DNA of 64,000 nucleotides from IMG/VR virus record IMGVR_UViG_3300042261_002385, positions 372,001 to 436,000 of that record; one strand, given 5' to 3'. The translations under genes were made by a program, and so were the position numbers. The notes beneath the pieces were generated by a model. It saw nothing but the letters and a program-made list of their open reading frames with translations, was not told the DNA's origin and did no database searches. Below, in pieces: positions 1-9,420 of this stretch. Numbering within the stretch: position 1 is the stretch's first letter; each line of letters opens with the position of its first letter.

Positions 1-2
1 AT

Positions 3-386
3 GAAGACACTGATATACCATATGCACTTTTCACAGTAGTTCATGAGATAGCACATTGTGTTGACTACTTAGAAAAAATATCGTTCTCAAAAAAGTGGCA
101 AGCAATCTCTGGTTGGAAAAAATGTGATATCAATGATAGAATACCAGAAGGATACAAAAGATATATTGAAAAAAGACCAGGTAGAAAATTAACCGGTCAT
201 AAAAAATCAGGATGGATTTATAAAGAAGGTTCTGACTTTTGTAGAAAATATACGTCTCGAAATCCAAGAGAAGATTTCGCTGACTGTTTGGCATTTGTAA
301 TTTTAGGATTTGAAGAAAAACTAAAAGGAGAAGGAGGCTTGAAAAAGCTTGAAATCATTAAGCAATTACTCAAAAAGATAGATTAA
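3..386 (+). CDS. 5'-truncated zinc metallopeptidase-like protein
   Basis: Manual frame +3 translation: VVHEIAHCVD (HExxH) and SRNPREDFAD; stop TAA at 384-386. Confidence 0.7.
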   Translation, partial: EDTDIPYALFTVVHEIAHCVDYLEKISFSKKWQAISGWKKCDINDRIPEGYKRYIEKRPGRKLTGHKKSGWIYKEGSDFCRKYTSRNPREDFADCLAFVILGFEEKLKGEGGLKKLEIIKQLLKKID

Positions 387-441
387 TTTGAAATTTTAAG
401 TGTTTTTTACTTTATATATAACTTAAAAATAAATTTAAGAT

Positions 442-1272
442 ATGTTATTAAAAGTAGGAAGTAAGGGAGATGATGTAAAAAAACTCCAAACAAAATTAGG
501 ATTGACATCAGATGGTTCTTTCGGACCTGGAACTGAAAAAGCAGTTAAGGCTTGGCAAACAGCAAATGGACTAAAAGCGGATGGTATAGTAGGTGATGGA
601 ACCTGGTCTAAACTATTCGGAGAATCAGCTCCAGTAGCTGCAGCAAAACCAGCAGTTGTAATACCACCATCCGATTTCAAATTGGAAGCACTAAAAGGAC
701 ATATTCCAGATGCGGTTATAGCTCAAATACCGGATACAGCAGCAAAATTTAATATCACAAATCCATTGAGATTGGCTCATTTTTTAGCACAATGTGGTCA
801 CGAAAGTGGTGGATTTAAAGCAGTTTCAGAAAATCTAAACTATTCAGCCAAAGGATTACTTGGAACTTTTCCAAAATACTTTAACGCTACAACAGCTGCT
901 CAATATGAAAGAAAACCAGAAATGATTGCTTCAAGAGTTTATGGTGGAAGAATGGGCAACGGAGATGAATCTACAAAAGAAGGATTTAAGTTTAGAGGAA
1001 GAGGATATATTCAATTAACTGGAAAATCAAACTACACTAATTTTACGAAATTTATTGGAGAAGATTGTATTGCAAATCCAGATTTAATTGCTACAAAATA
1101 TCCTTTAGCTTCAGCAGCTTTCTTCTTTGATTCAAATAAACTTTGGTCAATATGTGATTTAGGTTCATCTGATGATGTTGTAACTAAAGTTACTAAGAGA
1201 GTTAATGGGGGAACTATTGGATTAGCTGATAGAATTAAACACTTTAAAGAATATTATGCTCTATTAAAATAA
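442..1272 (+). CDS. Endolysin: peptidoglycan-binding domain + GH19 glycoside hydrolase
   Basis: N-term LKVGSKGDDVKKLQ..DGSFGPGT..DGIVG (PG_binding_1); FLAQCGHESGGF, FRGRGYIQLTG, VTKRVNGG (phage GH19). Confidence 0.93.
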   Translation: MLLKVGSKGDDVKKLQTKLGLTSDGSFGPGTEKAVKAWQTANGLKADGIVGDGTWSKLFGESAPVAAAKPAVVIPPSDFKLEALKGHIPDAVIAQIPDTAAKFNITNPLRLAHFLAQCGHESGGFKAVSENLNYSAKGLLGTFPKYFNATTAAQYERKPEMIASRVYGGRMGNGDESTKEGFKFRGRGYIQLTGKSNYTNFTKFIGEDCIANPDLIATKYPLASAAFFFDSNKLWSICDLGSSDDVVTKVTKRVNGGTIGLADRIKHFKEYYALLK

Positions 1273-1326
1273 AAATCAAAAAAATGATTTTAGAAAATAA
1301 TATATAAAAAAAATAATTTTACTAAA

Positions 1327-1665
1327 ATGAAACATGTTAAAACTTTTGAAGGTTTCTTTTCAAGATTATTCGGAGGAGACAAAATCGGAGACTGTGACAA
1401 AATGACTACTAATAGAGATGGTGATGGTATTGAAGGTATGGGTACTGATTATGTAATATTTGGTGGTAGAAAATTCGAAGAAGATGATATCGTTTATGCT
1501 GATGCAAAAGACCCAAAAAACAACGGATTTGAGAATAAATCAGGTATCTTACCAAGAATTGGTTACAGAGAGAAAGATTCAAAAAACGACGGAAAACTTA
1601 TTATCCCAGGTGGTGATATGTTGAAAAAATGGTTGAAATCTAGAGGACTCGGAAGTAGAATATAA
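1327..1665 (+). CDS. Hypothetical protein with N-terminal tag (MKHVKTFEGF)
   Basis: ORF track; AATATATA at 1299-1306. Confidence 0.7.
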   Translation: MKHVKTFEGFFSRLFGGDKIGDCDKMTTNRDGDGIEGMGTDYVIFGGRKFEEDDIVYADAKDPKNNGFENKSGILPRIGYREKDSKNDGKLIIPGGDMLKKWLKSRGLGSRI

Positions 1666-1670
1666 CTATT

Positions 1671-1699
1671 AAAAACCACTCAATATTGAGTGGTTTTTT
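1671..1699. terminator. Bidirectional intrinsic terminator
   Basis: aaaaaccactcaa-ta-ttgagtggttttttt hairpin between convergent genes. Confidence 0.85.
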
Positions 1700-2376
1700 T
1701 AATTTAATACTTCTTCTAATTTTATTTCTCTAATTACAGATTTATAAATATCAGGACTAGTTGAATTTAATATTTCTAAAACTTTTTTTCTATTAAAAAA
1801 ACCTTTATAATATGTTTTTTTATTTTCAATGAAATCACCATACTCAGCAGTTAAGTTTATGAAAAGATTAGGTTTGATTCTTAGTATACATTTATAAAGT
1901 ATACCACCAGTCTCATCATCATAAACACTTAATGTAAATGATTGCTCAAATTCAGAACCAACGTTAGAAAGCCCTGGTTTAAATCCTAATTTTTGAAACC
2001 AATCAATAACCAATTTATGTTTTGACCATCGACAAGTCATTTTAGTTTCAGTATCATAGTATGGAAATCTACTCGGCATTAATTCAAATTCCGACTCATC
2101 TGAAATATAATAATCATCTAATAGAATTTCATCTATATCAATATCTCTAGTTTCTTCTTTTGAGGTTGATAACTTTCGTTTAAATGTATTTGTTAAGTGT
2201 TTATCAAAAATGAATCTAGTCCTTCCATCTTGTGATAATCTTTCACACTCATCAATCAAAGATTTTGAAACTTCTGACTTAACAGATTCAACACTAAGTT
2301 CTTCAATAAAACCATCTGGTTTCTCATCTTCACTTATGACTGAGATTGTTCCATCTGGATTTTGCATCACTTTCAT
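1699..2376 (-). CDS. Hypothetical protein with C-terminal tag (IREIKLEEVLN)
   Basis: ORF track; probable ATG at 2376. Confidence 0.7.
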   Translation of the reverse strand: MKVMQNPDGTISVISEDEKPDGFIEELSVESVKSEVSKSLIDECERLSQDGRTRFIFDKHLTNTFKRKLSTSKEETRDIDIDEILLDDYYISDESEFELMPSRFPYYDTETKMTCRWSKHKLVIDWFQKLGFKPGLSNVGSEFEQSFTLSVYDDETGGILYKCILRIKPNLFINLTAEYGDFIENKKTYYKGFFNRKKVLEILNSTSPDIYKSVIREIKLEEVLN

Positions 2377-2396
2377 ACTTGTTATATTAAACATTT

Positions 2397-2404
2397 AATA
2401 TATA
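2397..2404 (+). promoter_or_regulatory. Putative phage late promoter AATATATA (representative)
   Basis: Also at 1299, 6495, 9394, 12314, 17187, 24147, 25025, 27299, 36929, 40961, 43482, 51597 (+) and 29824, 32323, 33344, 57791, 62572 (-), 3-25 nt before holin-like, virion and N-tagged genes. Confidence 0.7.
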
Positions 2405-2409
2405 GTTTC

Positions 2410-2994
2410 ATGAAACATTTATCAACATTTAAACTATTTGAGAGATTAGATAATTCTACATTAGTTACAATAGACCAGTTACTTGAAAGAATTAGAATTC
2501 CAAATCATATGAGACCACAAATTATTAACTGGTGGAATCAAAATAGAAGTGAAATTAGAATTCATTTTTTTAGATTTAATACTACAGAACCAATTGGTGG
2601 AATAATTATGGATGAAAATACTATAGTTTTGAACGATGACTTACAAACAAGACCAATGCCTCCTCATATTAAATTATTTTTGGCACTTCACGAAAGTAGA
2701 CACTGCGACCAACACAGAATGGGAAATTCAATAACACAATATTTTGATTCTGTCGTAAGAAACGATAGACAATCATTTATGAGACATTATCAAGAATTAG
2801 AAAGTGATGCTAATGACTTTGCTATTTCATCTATGAGAGCTTGTGGTTTCGACAGACAAATGAATTTTGAAGAAAGAATGCTTAGATCAAATGAAATGGC
2901 AGGAGATATGGTTTATCAAATGATGTCAGATGACATACAGAGATTGAATCCGGTTGATTTATTTGACTTATTTAAAAAACAAATTGGAGTGTGA
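2410..2994 (+). CDS. N-tagged protein with HExxH metallopeptidase-like motif
   Basis: Start reassigned to MKHLSTFKLFE after AATATATA 2397-2404; LALHESRHCDQH plus downstream ELESDA. Confidence 0.65.
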   Translation: MKHLSTFKLFERLDNSTLVTIDQLLERIRIPNHMRPQIINWWNQNRSEIRIHFFRFNTTEPIGGIIMDENTIVLNDDLQTRPMPPHIKLFLALHESRHCDQHRMGNSITQYFDSVVRNDRQSFMRHYQELESDANDFAISSMRACGFDRQMNFEERMLRSNEMAGDMVYQMMSDDIQRLNPVDLFDLFKKQIGV

Positions 2995-3329
2995 AACATT
3001 TAAGAAAAATTTTTGAGTCAGCAGCAGAAGAAAATGAAATCAGAGAAGTTTGTATCTGGCTTCAAGACTTAGTTGATGATATTGAGATTACAGATAATGT
3101 TAGATGTTATGATATTAATATTCGTTGTTTTAGGAAGACTAATACATCTATTGGTGAGTTAGTTAAAAATTCAGAAAGACTTCAGGAAATAACAAAAGAA
3201 TATGCTGACCTTTTATTAAGATTGGAGGATTTAGGATATAAAGTTTCTTATCATTTATTAGAAAACAAACATCACCTTAACTTTTTTAGTATGACAGGTA
3301 AAATACAGATTAATAAAAAAGACCAATAA
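2991..3329 (+). CDS. N-tagged hypothetical protein (MKHLRKIFES)
   Basis: GTG start overlapping upstream stop. Confidence 0.7.
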   Translation: MKHLRKIFESAAEENEIREVCIWLQDLVDDIEITDNVRCYDINIRCFRKTNTSIGELVKNSERLQEITKEYADLLLRLEDLGYKVSYHLLENKHHLNFFSMTGKIQINKKDQ

Positions 3330-3334
3330 ATTCA

Positions 3335-3697
3335 GTGAAATACTTACAAACATATAAATTATTTGAATCATCTAATATAGAACAGGTAATAAAAAATATT
3401 TTACTTCCTATAAGTGATGGTCATTTTCAGTATGAGGTAAGTGTTGAAGAATATAGTTCTATTCCTCAGCTAGTCATAAGAGTTGTTTCATGGACCGATG
3501 AACCTCTACTGATAACGGATGGGATTAAAGAGGAATTTATGGGTATGAAAAATTATTTAGAATCCGAAGGTTATAATTATATTTTAGTAAAATACTGGAG
3601 ACCTAACTCGGTCTCTAGTTCCAAACCATTTGATTATTTTATAAATAATTTTGAAGGAACTATATCAAATCTACTATTTGTTGTTAAAAAAATATGA
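3335..3697 (+). CDS. N-tagged paralog-family protein (MKYLQTYKLFES)
   Basis: IKNILLPISD and YLESEG motifs shared with the 40134/51612 family. Confidence 0.7.
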   Translation: MKYLQTYKLFESSNIEQVIKNILLPISDGHFQYEVSVEEYSSIPQLVIRVVSWTDEPLLITDGIKEEFMGMKNYLESEGYNYILVKYWRPNSVSSSKPFDYFINNFEGTISNLLFVVKKI

Positions 3698-4323
3698 AAC
3701 ACTTACAAACATATAAACTATTTGAGTCAATTGAAAGTGAAATCAATTTTGATAAAATCGTTGAAGTCCTTTCAACTGAATGCTCAGAATTTTTAGATAT
3801 TTTACAACAATTTAATATTGAAGGTGTTTTCAGAGGTCATAAAATTTGGGATGAAGGAAATATAACTAAAGGATTTTGGAAGGTAACACCTTTTGAGAAA
3901 AGACTTCCAAGAGATACTAAAGCATCTATAAGTAAATTATTAGATGAAGAATTTGAAAAGAAATTTGGAATTCCTCTAAGAAGTAAAGGAATATTTGCAA
4001 GTAAAGATATATCAATTGCAGCAGATTACGGAAGACATAAAAACGAAGCCTTTTTATTTTTCCCTAAAAACGGATTTAGATATTTTTGGAATCCGGAAGT
4101 AGATGATCTTTTTACTCTTTTAAGAGACGATACCAGTTGGTATGATAAAGAGCCTGTCTTTTGGAAAACAATGGAATGGTTAGATTTTAAACAGATTGTA
4201 GGTGGATACAGAGAAGGTGGAATTCAATATGTAAAGTATCAAGAAATAACTTTTATTTGTGATGAATATTATCTACTTGACTTAGATTACTATGACCAAT
4301 TCTTAAATTACTTTATTAAATAA
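3694..4323 (+). CDS. N-tagged hypothetical protein (MKHLQTYKLFES)
   Basis: ORF track; translationally coupled start. Confidence 0.7.
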   Translation: MKHLQTYKLFESIESEINFDKIVEVLSTECSEFLDILQQFNIEGVFRGHKIWDEGNITKGFWKVTPFEKRLPRDTKASISKLLDEEFEKKFGIPLRSKGIFASKDISIAADYGRHKNEAFLFFPKNGFRYFWNPEVDDLFTLLRDDTSWYDKEPVFWKTMEWLDFKQIVGGYREGGIQYVKYQEITFICDEYYLLDLDYYDQFLNYFIK

Positions 4324-4354
4324 AACAAAATCCATAACTTTACATAAAAATTAA

Positions 4355-4660
4355 ATGATAAAGTTATTTTCATACGGAACACTTATCGAAAAAGAAGTTC
4401 AACTTCGTGAATTTGGTCAAGAATTCAAAGTGGAATCAAATTTAGATGGTGTAAAAGATTTTACAATTGATAAAATAGAAATTGAAGGAGAATACTATTA
4501 TTGTGCCATCAGTAGACCAGAATCAATAATTCTGGGTCAAATTGTCCATATACCTGAAGAATTTATGACTTTAGTCGATGATTATGAAGGTGAAGATTAT
4601 AAAAGAGTAAGTGTCAAAACACTCTCTGATGTTGAATGTTTAATGTATGTAAAAAGATGA
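4355..4660 (+). CDS. Gamma-glutamylcyclotransferase (GGCT/AIG2-like) family protein
   Basis: LFSYGTL N-terminal motif; DDYEGEDYKR. Confidence 0.8.
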   Translation: MIKLFSYGTLIEKEVQLREFGQEFKVESNLDGVKDFTIDKIEIEGEYYYCAISRPESIILGQIVHIPEEFMTLVDDYEGEDYKRVSVKTLSDVECLMYVKR

Positions 4661-5010
4661 GCACCTTCGGAAAGAAATACTTAAATTATTGGCCTTATCG
4701 TTTTGATGAAATGATAACCGGTGATAGTTGTTTAAGATGGAATAAAACCGATAAAGATTTTCAATTAGAAATACTTAAAAAATGGTATCCTATTGGAATG
4801 CGTGGAAAAGCCATTTTAGCTGGTAAAACGACAGGAGGTAACTTGTATGAGATTACCGGATATATTGAGCATGTGTGGGGATGGAAATTAGATATTGATT
4901 ATGTTGATAGTAATTTTAGAAAAGATGTGCATCCTATCAGATTTATTCCAGAAGAAGAAGATAGACTTAGAATTTTAAGAGAGATTAGATTGGAAAAGTT
5001 ATTAGACTAA
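4657..5010 (+). CDS. Hypothetical protein with C-terminal tag (LREIRLEKLLD)
   Basis: ATGA overlap with upstream gene. Confidence 0.7.
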   Translation: MSTFGKKYLNYWPYRFDEMITGDSCLRWNKTDKDFQLEILKKWYPIGMRGKAILAGKTTGGNLYEITGYIEHVWGWKLDIDYVDSNFRKDVHPIRFIPEEEDRLRILREIRLEKLLD

Positions 5011-5364
5011 TCCATCTAAGTTTTTTCTACGTCTATAAATCTTTTTCGATTTTTCCTTTTCTTTTTCTATAAATTTTTCATCACTATACATATAATTGTT
5101 ATAGTAAAGTAAAGTTCCATCTTCTTTATTTTCTTTTATACAATCATCACAGATTGCAATAATAAACTGGTCACCATCATGTTTTGATCCGTAACCAGCA
5201 TCAATAATCTGAATAATACCGTTATCAACCATTTCGTTGTTGATATTTAGAGTTGATCCATTTCTTTCCTTTTTAAAATAAAGCACATCTTCTTCAGTTT
5301 CAGAAAATCCACTTCGGTAGTTTTCTGGAATGACATTATTTTTTTTACAACAAATACAGTACAT
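5002..5364 (-). CDS. Putative Zn-binding protein with divergent C-terminal tag (RRKNLDGLV)
   Basis: CICC and CDDC pairs. Confidence 0.6.
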   Translation of the reverse strand: MYCICCKKNNVIPENYRSGFSETEEDVLYFKKERNGSTLNINNEMVDNGIIQIIDAGYGSKHDGDQFIIAICDDCIKENKEDGTLLYYNNYMYSDEKFIEKEKEKSKKIYRRRKNLDGLV

Positions 5365-5369
5365 ATTTT

Positions 5370-5612
5370 TTATTCTATGATAAATTTATCACAAGTCTCA
5401 TAGTCTTCACTTTCAATTGCATCTAAATAATCCTCACAATTTTTTTTGATATCACCAGTAAAAGGTATAATATCAGAAAACTCTTCTCTCAAATCAATAG
5501 CTCTCTTTAACTTACCATCTAAGTCATTTGGTAAAGATGATGATATTTGTATATTCTCACGTTGTTTTATAATACAATCCAAATACCTTTTTTTGATAAT
5601 TATTTTTCCCAT
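5370..5612 (-). CDS. Hypothetical protein
   Basis: ORF track; within minus-strand operon. Confidence 0.6.
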   Translation of the reverse strand: MGKIIIKKRYLDCIIKQRENIQISSSLPNDLDGKLKRAIDLREEFSDIIPFTGDIKKNCEDYLDAIESEDYETCDKFIIE

Positions 5613-5744
5613 TTAATTAAATATTCTTTCTATTTTTTCTTTTCTAAATGACTTTCTCAAAAGAAATCTTTTACTTAAGTTATAAACTAAAGTTGATTGA
5701 TAATACACATCAACACCACCTGAAATCACATTAATCTCTTTCAT
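5613..5744 (-). CDS. 43-aa ORF ending in C-tag variant (FRKEKIERIFN)
   Basis: Manual translation MKEINVISGG...; below ORF-track cutoff. Confidence 0.55.
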   Translation of the reverse strand: MKEINVISGGVDVYYQSTLVYNLSKRFLLRKSFRKEKIERIFN

Positions 5745-5861
5745 AAATTCTTTTAATCTTGTTTTTTCTTATAAACCTTCTAAAGTATCTGCTAGCAGCA
5801 CCTCTTTTAGGATTTAACTTCTGATACATTTTTTCTACAGCCTTTTCTACCCAACTTTCAC

Positions 5862-6467
5862 TCATTTCTCACACACCTTTCTAAAATCAGATAATATACT
5901 ATTTCTTAATTCTCTAAACTCTAAGTCTAATTCATTCCAAGTCCAATCTTTAGACACTAATTTATCCCAGATATAGTTAGCCATCTCAAAGTCATAAATG
6001 GATCCAGTAGTTGCAACCTGAGTTGCAAAAATTGGAATTCTAAGTGAATGAAAAATAGATTTTATTCCAGTGTGATAGTCTCCTATTTCTAATTTCTTTT
6101 TGCACTTCACCCAGCTATTTGAACTTACATGAGAAGTCGCGTGTCTAAGTTTAGGAAAATCTATATCTAAATTGTATGGGATATTTTCTTGAATCTTAGC
6201 CCAGGTTGGGGCAAAAATACACTCTAAGTTATTTATTCTATGCCACTCTAAATCTTCCTTAAACTTATCTGGAGTATAGATATGAATGTTATACTTCTCT
6301 AATTTCAACTCAATTGCTTCTACTGAATTGTTTGCTACCATTATGATATCCCAATCAGAATTTCCTGTATGAGTATTGTAAATTCTACTTCCGAAGATAT
6401 AGATGTTATGCACCCGCTTTGGATGAAGTCCTGAATGAAGTATTATATCTTGTGCAGTTGGTATCAT
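5862..6467 (-). CDS. Pol-beta superfamily nucleotidyltransferase
   Basis: IYIFGSRIYNTHTGNSDWDII = hGS-x-DhD motif; TATATTTG promoter at 6475-6482 (-). Confidence 0.8.
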   Translation of the reverse strand: MIPTAQDIILHSGLHPKRVHNIYIFGSRIYNTHTGNSDWDIIMVANNSVEAIELKLEKYNIHIYTPDKFKEDLEWHRINNLECIFAPTWAKIQENIPYNLDIDFPKLRHATSHVSSNSWVKCKKKLEIGDYHTGIKSIFHSLRIPIFATQVATTGSIYDFEMANYIWDKLVSKDWTWNELDLEFRELRNSILSDFRKVCEK

Positions 6468-6525
6468 AATTTATCAAATATAATAATTTAATTTAATATA
6501 TACTACAATAAAAAAAGATAAGATT

Positions 6526-6927
6526 ATGAAACACTTAAAATTATTTGAAGATTATAAATATAAGGGCAACATCCGAGTTAAATTACTCGGAAACAATGAT
6601 TTGTGGTATGCTAGTAATAATGAATTTGAAATATCAAATATTAAATATACCATTCTCAGTCATAATAGTAGCAAACAAGTAATTTATGTTGCTACACTCA
6701 ATAATGCTGATGATTGTCAAGAAATTCAAATCTCTACGTTGAAGTATCACTACTTTGAGGGTGATTTAGTGATGTATTCTGAAGTAGGTTCTCATTTATG
6801 GGACAAAGAAATAGAATTATTCAAAAATTTGGGCGGTCAGTTTGGTTATTTAAACTTTTGTAAATTAGATAGTGGAACTGAAGTTGGTAAAACAGACCAT
6901 AGGAAATGGTTTGAAATAGTAGGTTAG
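6526..6927 (+). CDS. N-tagged hypothetical protein (MKHLKLFED)
   Basis: AATATATA 6495-6502; C-terminus similar to the 8570 ORF. Confidence 0.7.
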   Translation: MKHLKLFEDYKYKGNIRVKLLGNNDLWYASNNEFEISNIKYTILSHNSSKQVIYVATLNNADDCQEIQISTLKYHYFEGDLVMYSEVGSHLWDKEIELFKNLGGQFGYLNFCKLDSGTEVGKTDHRKWFEIVG

Positions 6928-6977
6928 ATGTAGAACTGAAGTTAGTAAAACAGAGCATAGGAAATGGTTTGAAATAG
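6875..6977 (+). repeat. Imperfect 45-bp direct repeat (6875-6919 / 6933-6977)
   Basis: gaactgaagtt(g/a)gtaaaacaga(c/g)cataggaaatggtttgaaatag; 2 mismatches. Confidence 0.9.
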
Positions 6978-7004
6978 ATATAATAAGAAAAAAAGATTAG
7001 TATC

Positions 7005-7247
7005 ATGAAACACTTAAATAAATTTAATGAAGGTTGGTTTTCTAAAGATGAAGAAAATGAACCAGTAGATGCGGTAAATAGTAAAATTGAAGATGCTGCT
7101 TATAGTTTAGGATCATTTGGTACTATGACTAAGCAAGCCGCTTTTATAAACGGTGCTAAATGGGCTATTCATAATTTAACAGATGACGAGATTAAATTAC
7201 TCAGAGAGAATACTGATAAAGACGACCATAGTTTCTTTGGTTTATAA
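7005..7247 (+). CDS. N-tagged hypothetical protein (MKHLNKFNE)
   Basis: ORF track; AFINGAKWA motif. Confidence 0.7.
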   Translation: MKHLNKFNEGWFSKDEENEPVDAVNSKIEDAAYSLGSFGTMTKQAAFINGAKWAIHNLTDDEIKLLRENTDKDDHSFFGL

Positions 7248-7282
7248 TAATTTAATTTAATATAATAGAGAAAAATAGGATT

Positions 7283-7888
7283 ATGAAATACTTAAAATTA
7301 TTTGAAGAATTCAAGATTGATTCAGAGCGAAGTTATAACATCGGGGATACTATTAGTGGTGTTCCAGGTAGCGATACATCTATAGTTGTTCGAATTGATG
7401 AAAGGGGAAAACCTATATCTGTTATGGCGAGATTGGATGTTCATCCTCTCTTTACTCAAAGAGATATAAAAGAACTTTATGATCTTTCTGATGCAAAGAG
7501 CATTGGTGAAATATTAAGGCTACCGGAAAATAAATTCTCAGGAAATTCCGGGTGGAGAATTCCTCTTTTGAGTGAGGTAGATATCATGAGAAAGATGTAT
7601 AAAGGTCAAATAAGTCAAAATTGGAACTTTACACGACTTGAAGAGCCTCTTTATCTATATTCTAATCATGAGTGTAGAGAATTTTGGGAAATGGATCCAA
7701 ATACTCGACTAACATATCAACTAAAAAATAAAGATAAACTAGGACTTTTAGATTTTGCAGGAGGTGGATTAGATAAATTAGGAACCATCACAAAGCAGTT
7801 TAATATTAGACTTGTATATGACCTTTATAATTATAAATATTCAGATACTCTGAAAGATTTTGTTAAAACACCAAGATTTGATAGTTAA
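7283..7888 (+). CDS. N-tagged hypothetical protein (MKYLKLFEE)
   Basis: ORF track; GWRIPLLSEV resembles the WRLPT motif of DUF1566-like domains. Confidence 0.65.
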   Translation: MKYLKLFEEFKIDSERSYNIGDTISGVPGSDTSIVVRIDERGKPISVMARLDVHPLFTQRDIKELYDLSDAKSIGEILRLPENKFSGNSGWRIPLLSEVDIMRKMYKGQISQNWNFTRLEEPLYLYSNHECREFWEMDPNTRLTYQLKNKDKLGLLDFAGGGLDKLGTITKQFNIRLVYDLYNYKYSDTLKDFVKTPRFDS

Positions 7889-7955
7889 AAAAAAGACATT
7901 TTTAAATTTTATTATTAAATTATAATATAGAGAAAAAATAGAGAAAAATAGGATT

Positions 7956-8547
7956 ATGAAATATATTAAATTATTTGAAGAATGGAGTCCTAATTTAGAG
8001 TATGATGAATCCCAGAAAGAGGAGTTGAAAATAAATTACGAAAAATACGTAATGTCCAGAGATTATATTCCTAATATGATTAGAGATTTAATTAAGAAAC
8101 ATTTGTCTGAAAAATGGCATCCAACTCCCACACTAGATATTGTGGAAGTTAAGTGGGAACCAGAACCTTTCAAAGATCTTGCGAAACAAAAGGGTATTGT
8201 CAGGAAAAAAGAATTTAATGATGTTACTTATGCAGGAAAACTTACTCTAAAATCTGATTTTGCAAATACCCCAATTAGTTATAGCACAGGTGGTAACCCA
8301 ATTTGTTGGTGGTGATTATAGAGCGATGTTAGGAGAGAGATTTGATTTAATCTTAGCCGAAGCGACTAAATTACTTGATAATGTGTTGGATTTACCATAT
8401 AAAGGCGAAATGGATGATAGTAGCCATGGACCAATTTCTTTCAGACAAGTTGATAATACCTATACACTCAAACAAGAATTTGACAGACCACATGAATATA
8501 AGGCAATTTTCGGTTTAATACTTGATAAGGTTTATTTAGAAATATAA
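7956..8547 (+). pseudogene. N-tagged gene (MKYIKLFEE) split by a frameshift near 8302
   Basis: ORFs 7956-8315 and 8260-8547 join if one T is removed from ccaaTTTgtt (..GGNPI-VGGDYR..). Confidence 0.55.
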
Positions 8548-8569
8548 AAAATAAAAAAAAGATAAGATT

Positions 8570-9121
8570 ATGAAACACTTAAAATTATTTGAAGACTTCA
8601 ATGAGTATGATTTTGACGGTGCTAAAAACAATCCTGATAGAATTGTGGTCAAATTTGCGCCAGGTGGGTATAATAAATTTTGGGATCAATATGTAAAATC
8701 AACCGGTGATTATTATAGAGGATTAGGTGAGAATTGGACTTACTTTGGTAGTTGGGAAGACTTAGAAGAAAAATTTTCTAGTAAGGGATTAAAAATGAGA
8801 GATGGTGAATATTATCTTTTATATAAGAACTATGATCCAAAGGATATTAAAGATTGGTACTCTAAGGGGAAACCTGAAGGTAAATTAGCAGCGACATTCT
8901 ATTTTCTAAAATATAGCAAAGAAGCTGGAGAAATATACATAGTCTCTGTATATGGAACTGAATATCAATATGTAGAAGCGAACAAAGAATATACAACTGA
9001 TAAACTTGAAGGATATCCACAATCTACTTATTGTCGTTTTGATAAAGGTGATGTAGCTAGATTGGTTGAGGTAGGTTCTATCGATCATAGAGGTTATTTT
9101 GAGGTCGCATCAGTATCATAA
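8570..9121 (+). CDS. N-tagged hypothetical protein (MKHLKLFED)
   Basis: Leader plus first codons identical to the 6526 gene. Confidence 0.7.
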   Translation: MKHLKLFEDFNEYDFDGAKNNPDRIVVKFAPGGYNKFWDQYVKSTGDYYRGLGENWTYFGSWEDLEEKFSSKGLKMRDGEYYLLYKNYDPKDIKDWYSKGKPEGKLAATFYFLKYSKEAGEIYIVSVYGTEYQYVEANKEYTTDKLEGYPQSTYCRFDKGDVARLVEVGSIDHRGYFEVASVS

Positions 9122-9136
9122 ATAAGATTAAAACTA

Positions 9137-9388
9137 TTATAATAACTGACTTAATTTTAACTCTCTAATTATAGGAGTTAGTAAAATTCTTTGGTCATCC
9201 GGGAGTCCAATTAAACAACTTTGTAGTAAAACCGTAAAGTGTGAAACCTGGACTTCATCTTCATAGATATAAGCATTTGATAATTCTCTTTCAATTTCTC
9301 TTAAGTTTGAGGCAAGTTCATACATCTGCTTGTCAATTGCAGTATGTTTAATGTCTTTAATAGCTGATATAACTAAACCTGCTTTCAT
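9137..9388 (-). CDS. Hypothetical protein with C-terminal tag (IRELKLSQLL)
   Basis: ORF track. Confidence 0.65.
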   Translation of the reverse strand: MKAGLVISAIKDIKHTAIDKQMYELASNLREIERELSNAYIYEDEVQVSHFTVLLQSCLIGLPDDQRILLTPIIRELKLSQLL

Positions 9389-9420
9389 AAAATAATATAT
9401 AAAAAAAATTAATATATGTT

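Noticed and set aside
435-680. Antisense or alternate-frame ORFs in the track (e.g. 435-680, 2210-2398, 16029-16280, 18779-19162, 24145-24339, 26857-27390, 54884-55177, 62816-63046)
   Set aside because: Shadows of better-supported overlapping genes; no motifs or expression signals of their own.
6875-6977. Possible diversity-generating retroelement TR/VR pair at a gene 3' end
   Set aside because: Only 45 bp with two mismatches, one of them G/C (not adenine-specific), and no reverse transcriptase in the window; a simple duplication is more likely.
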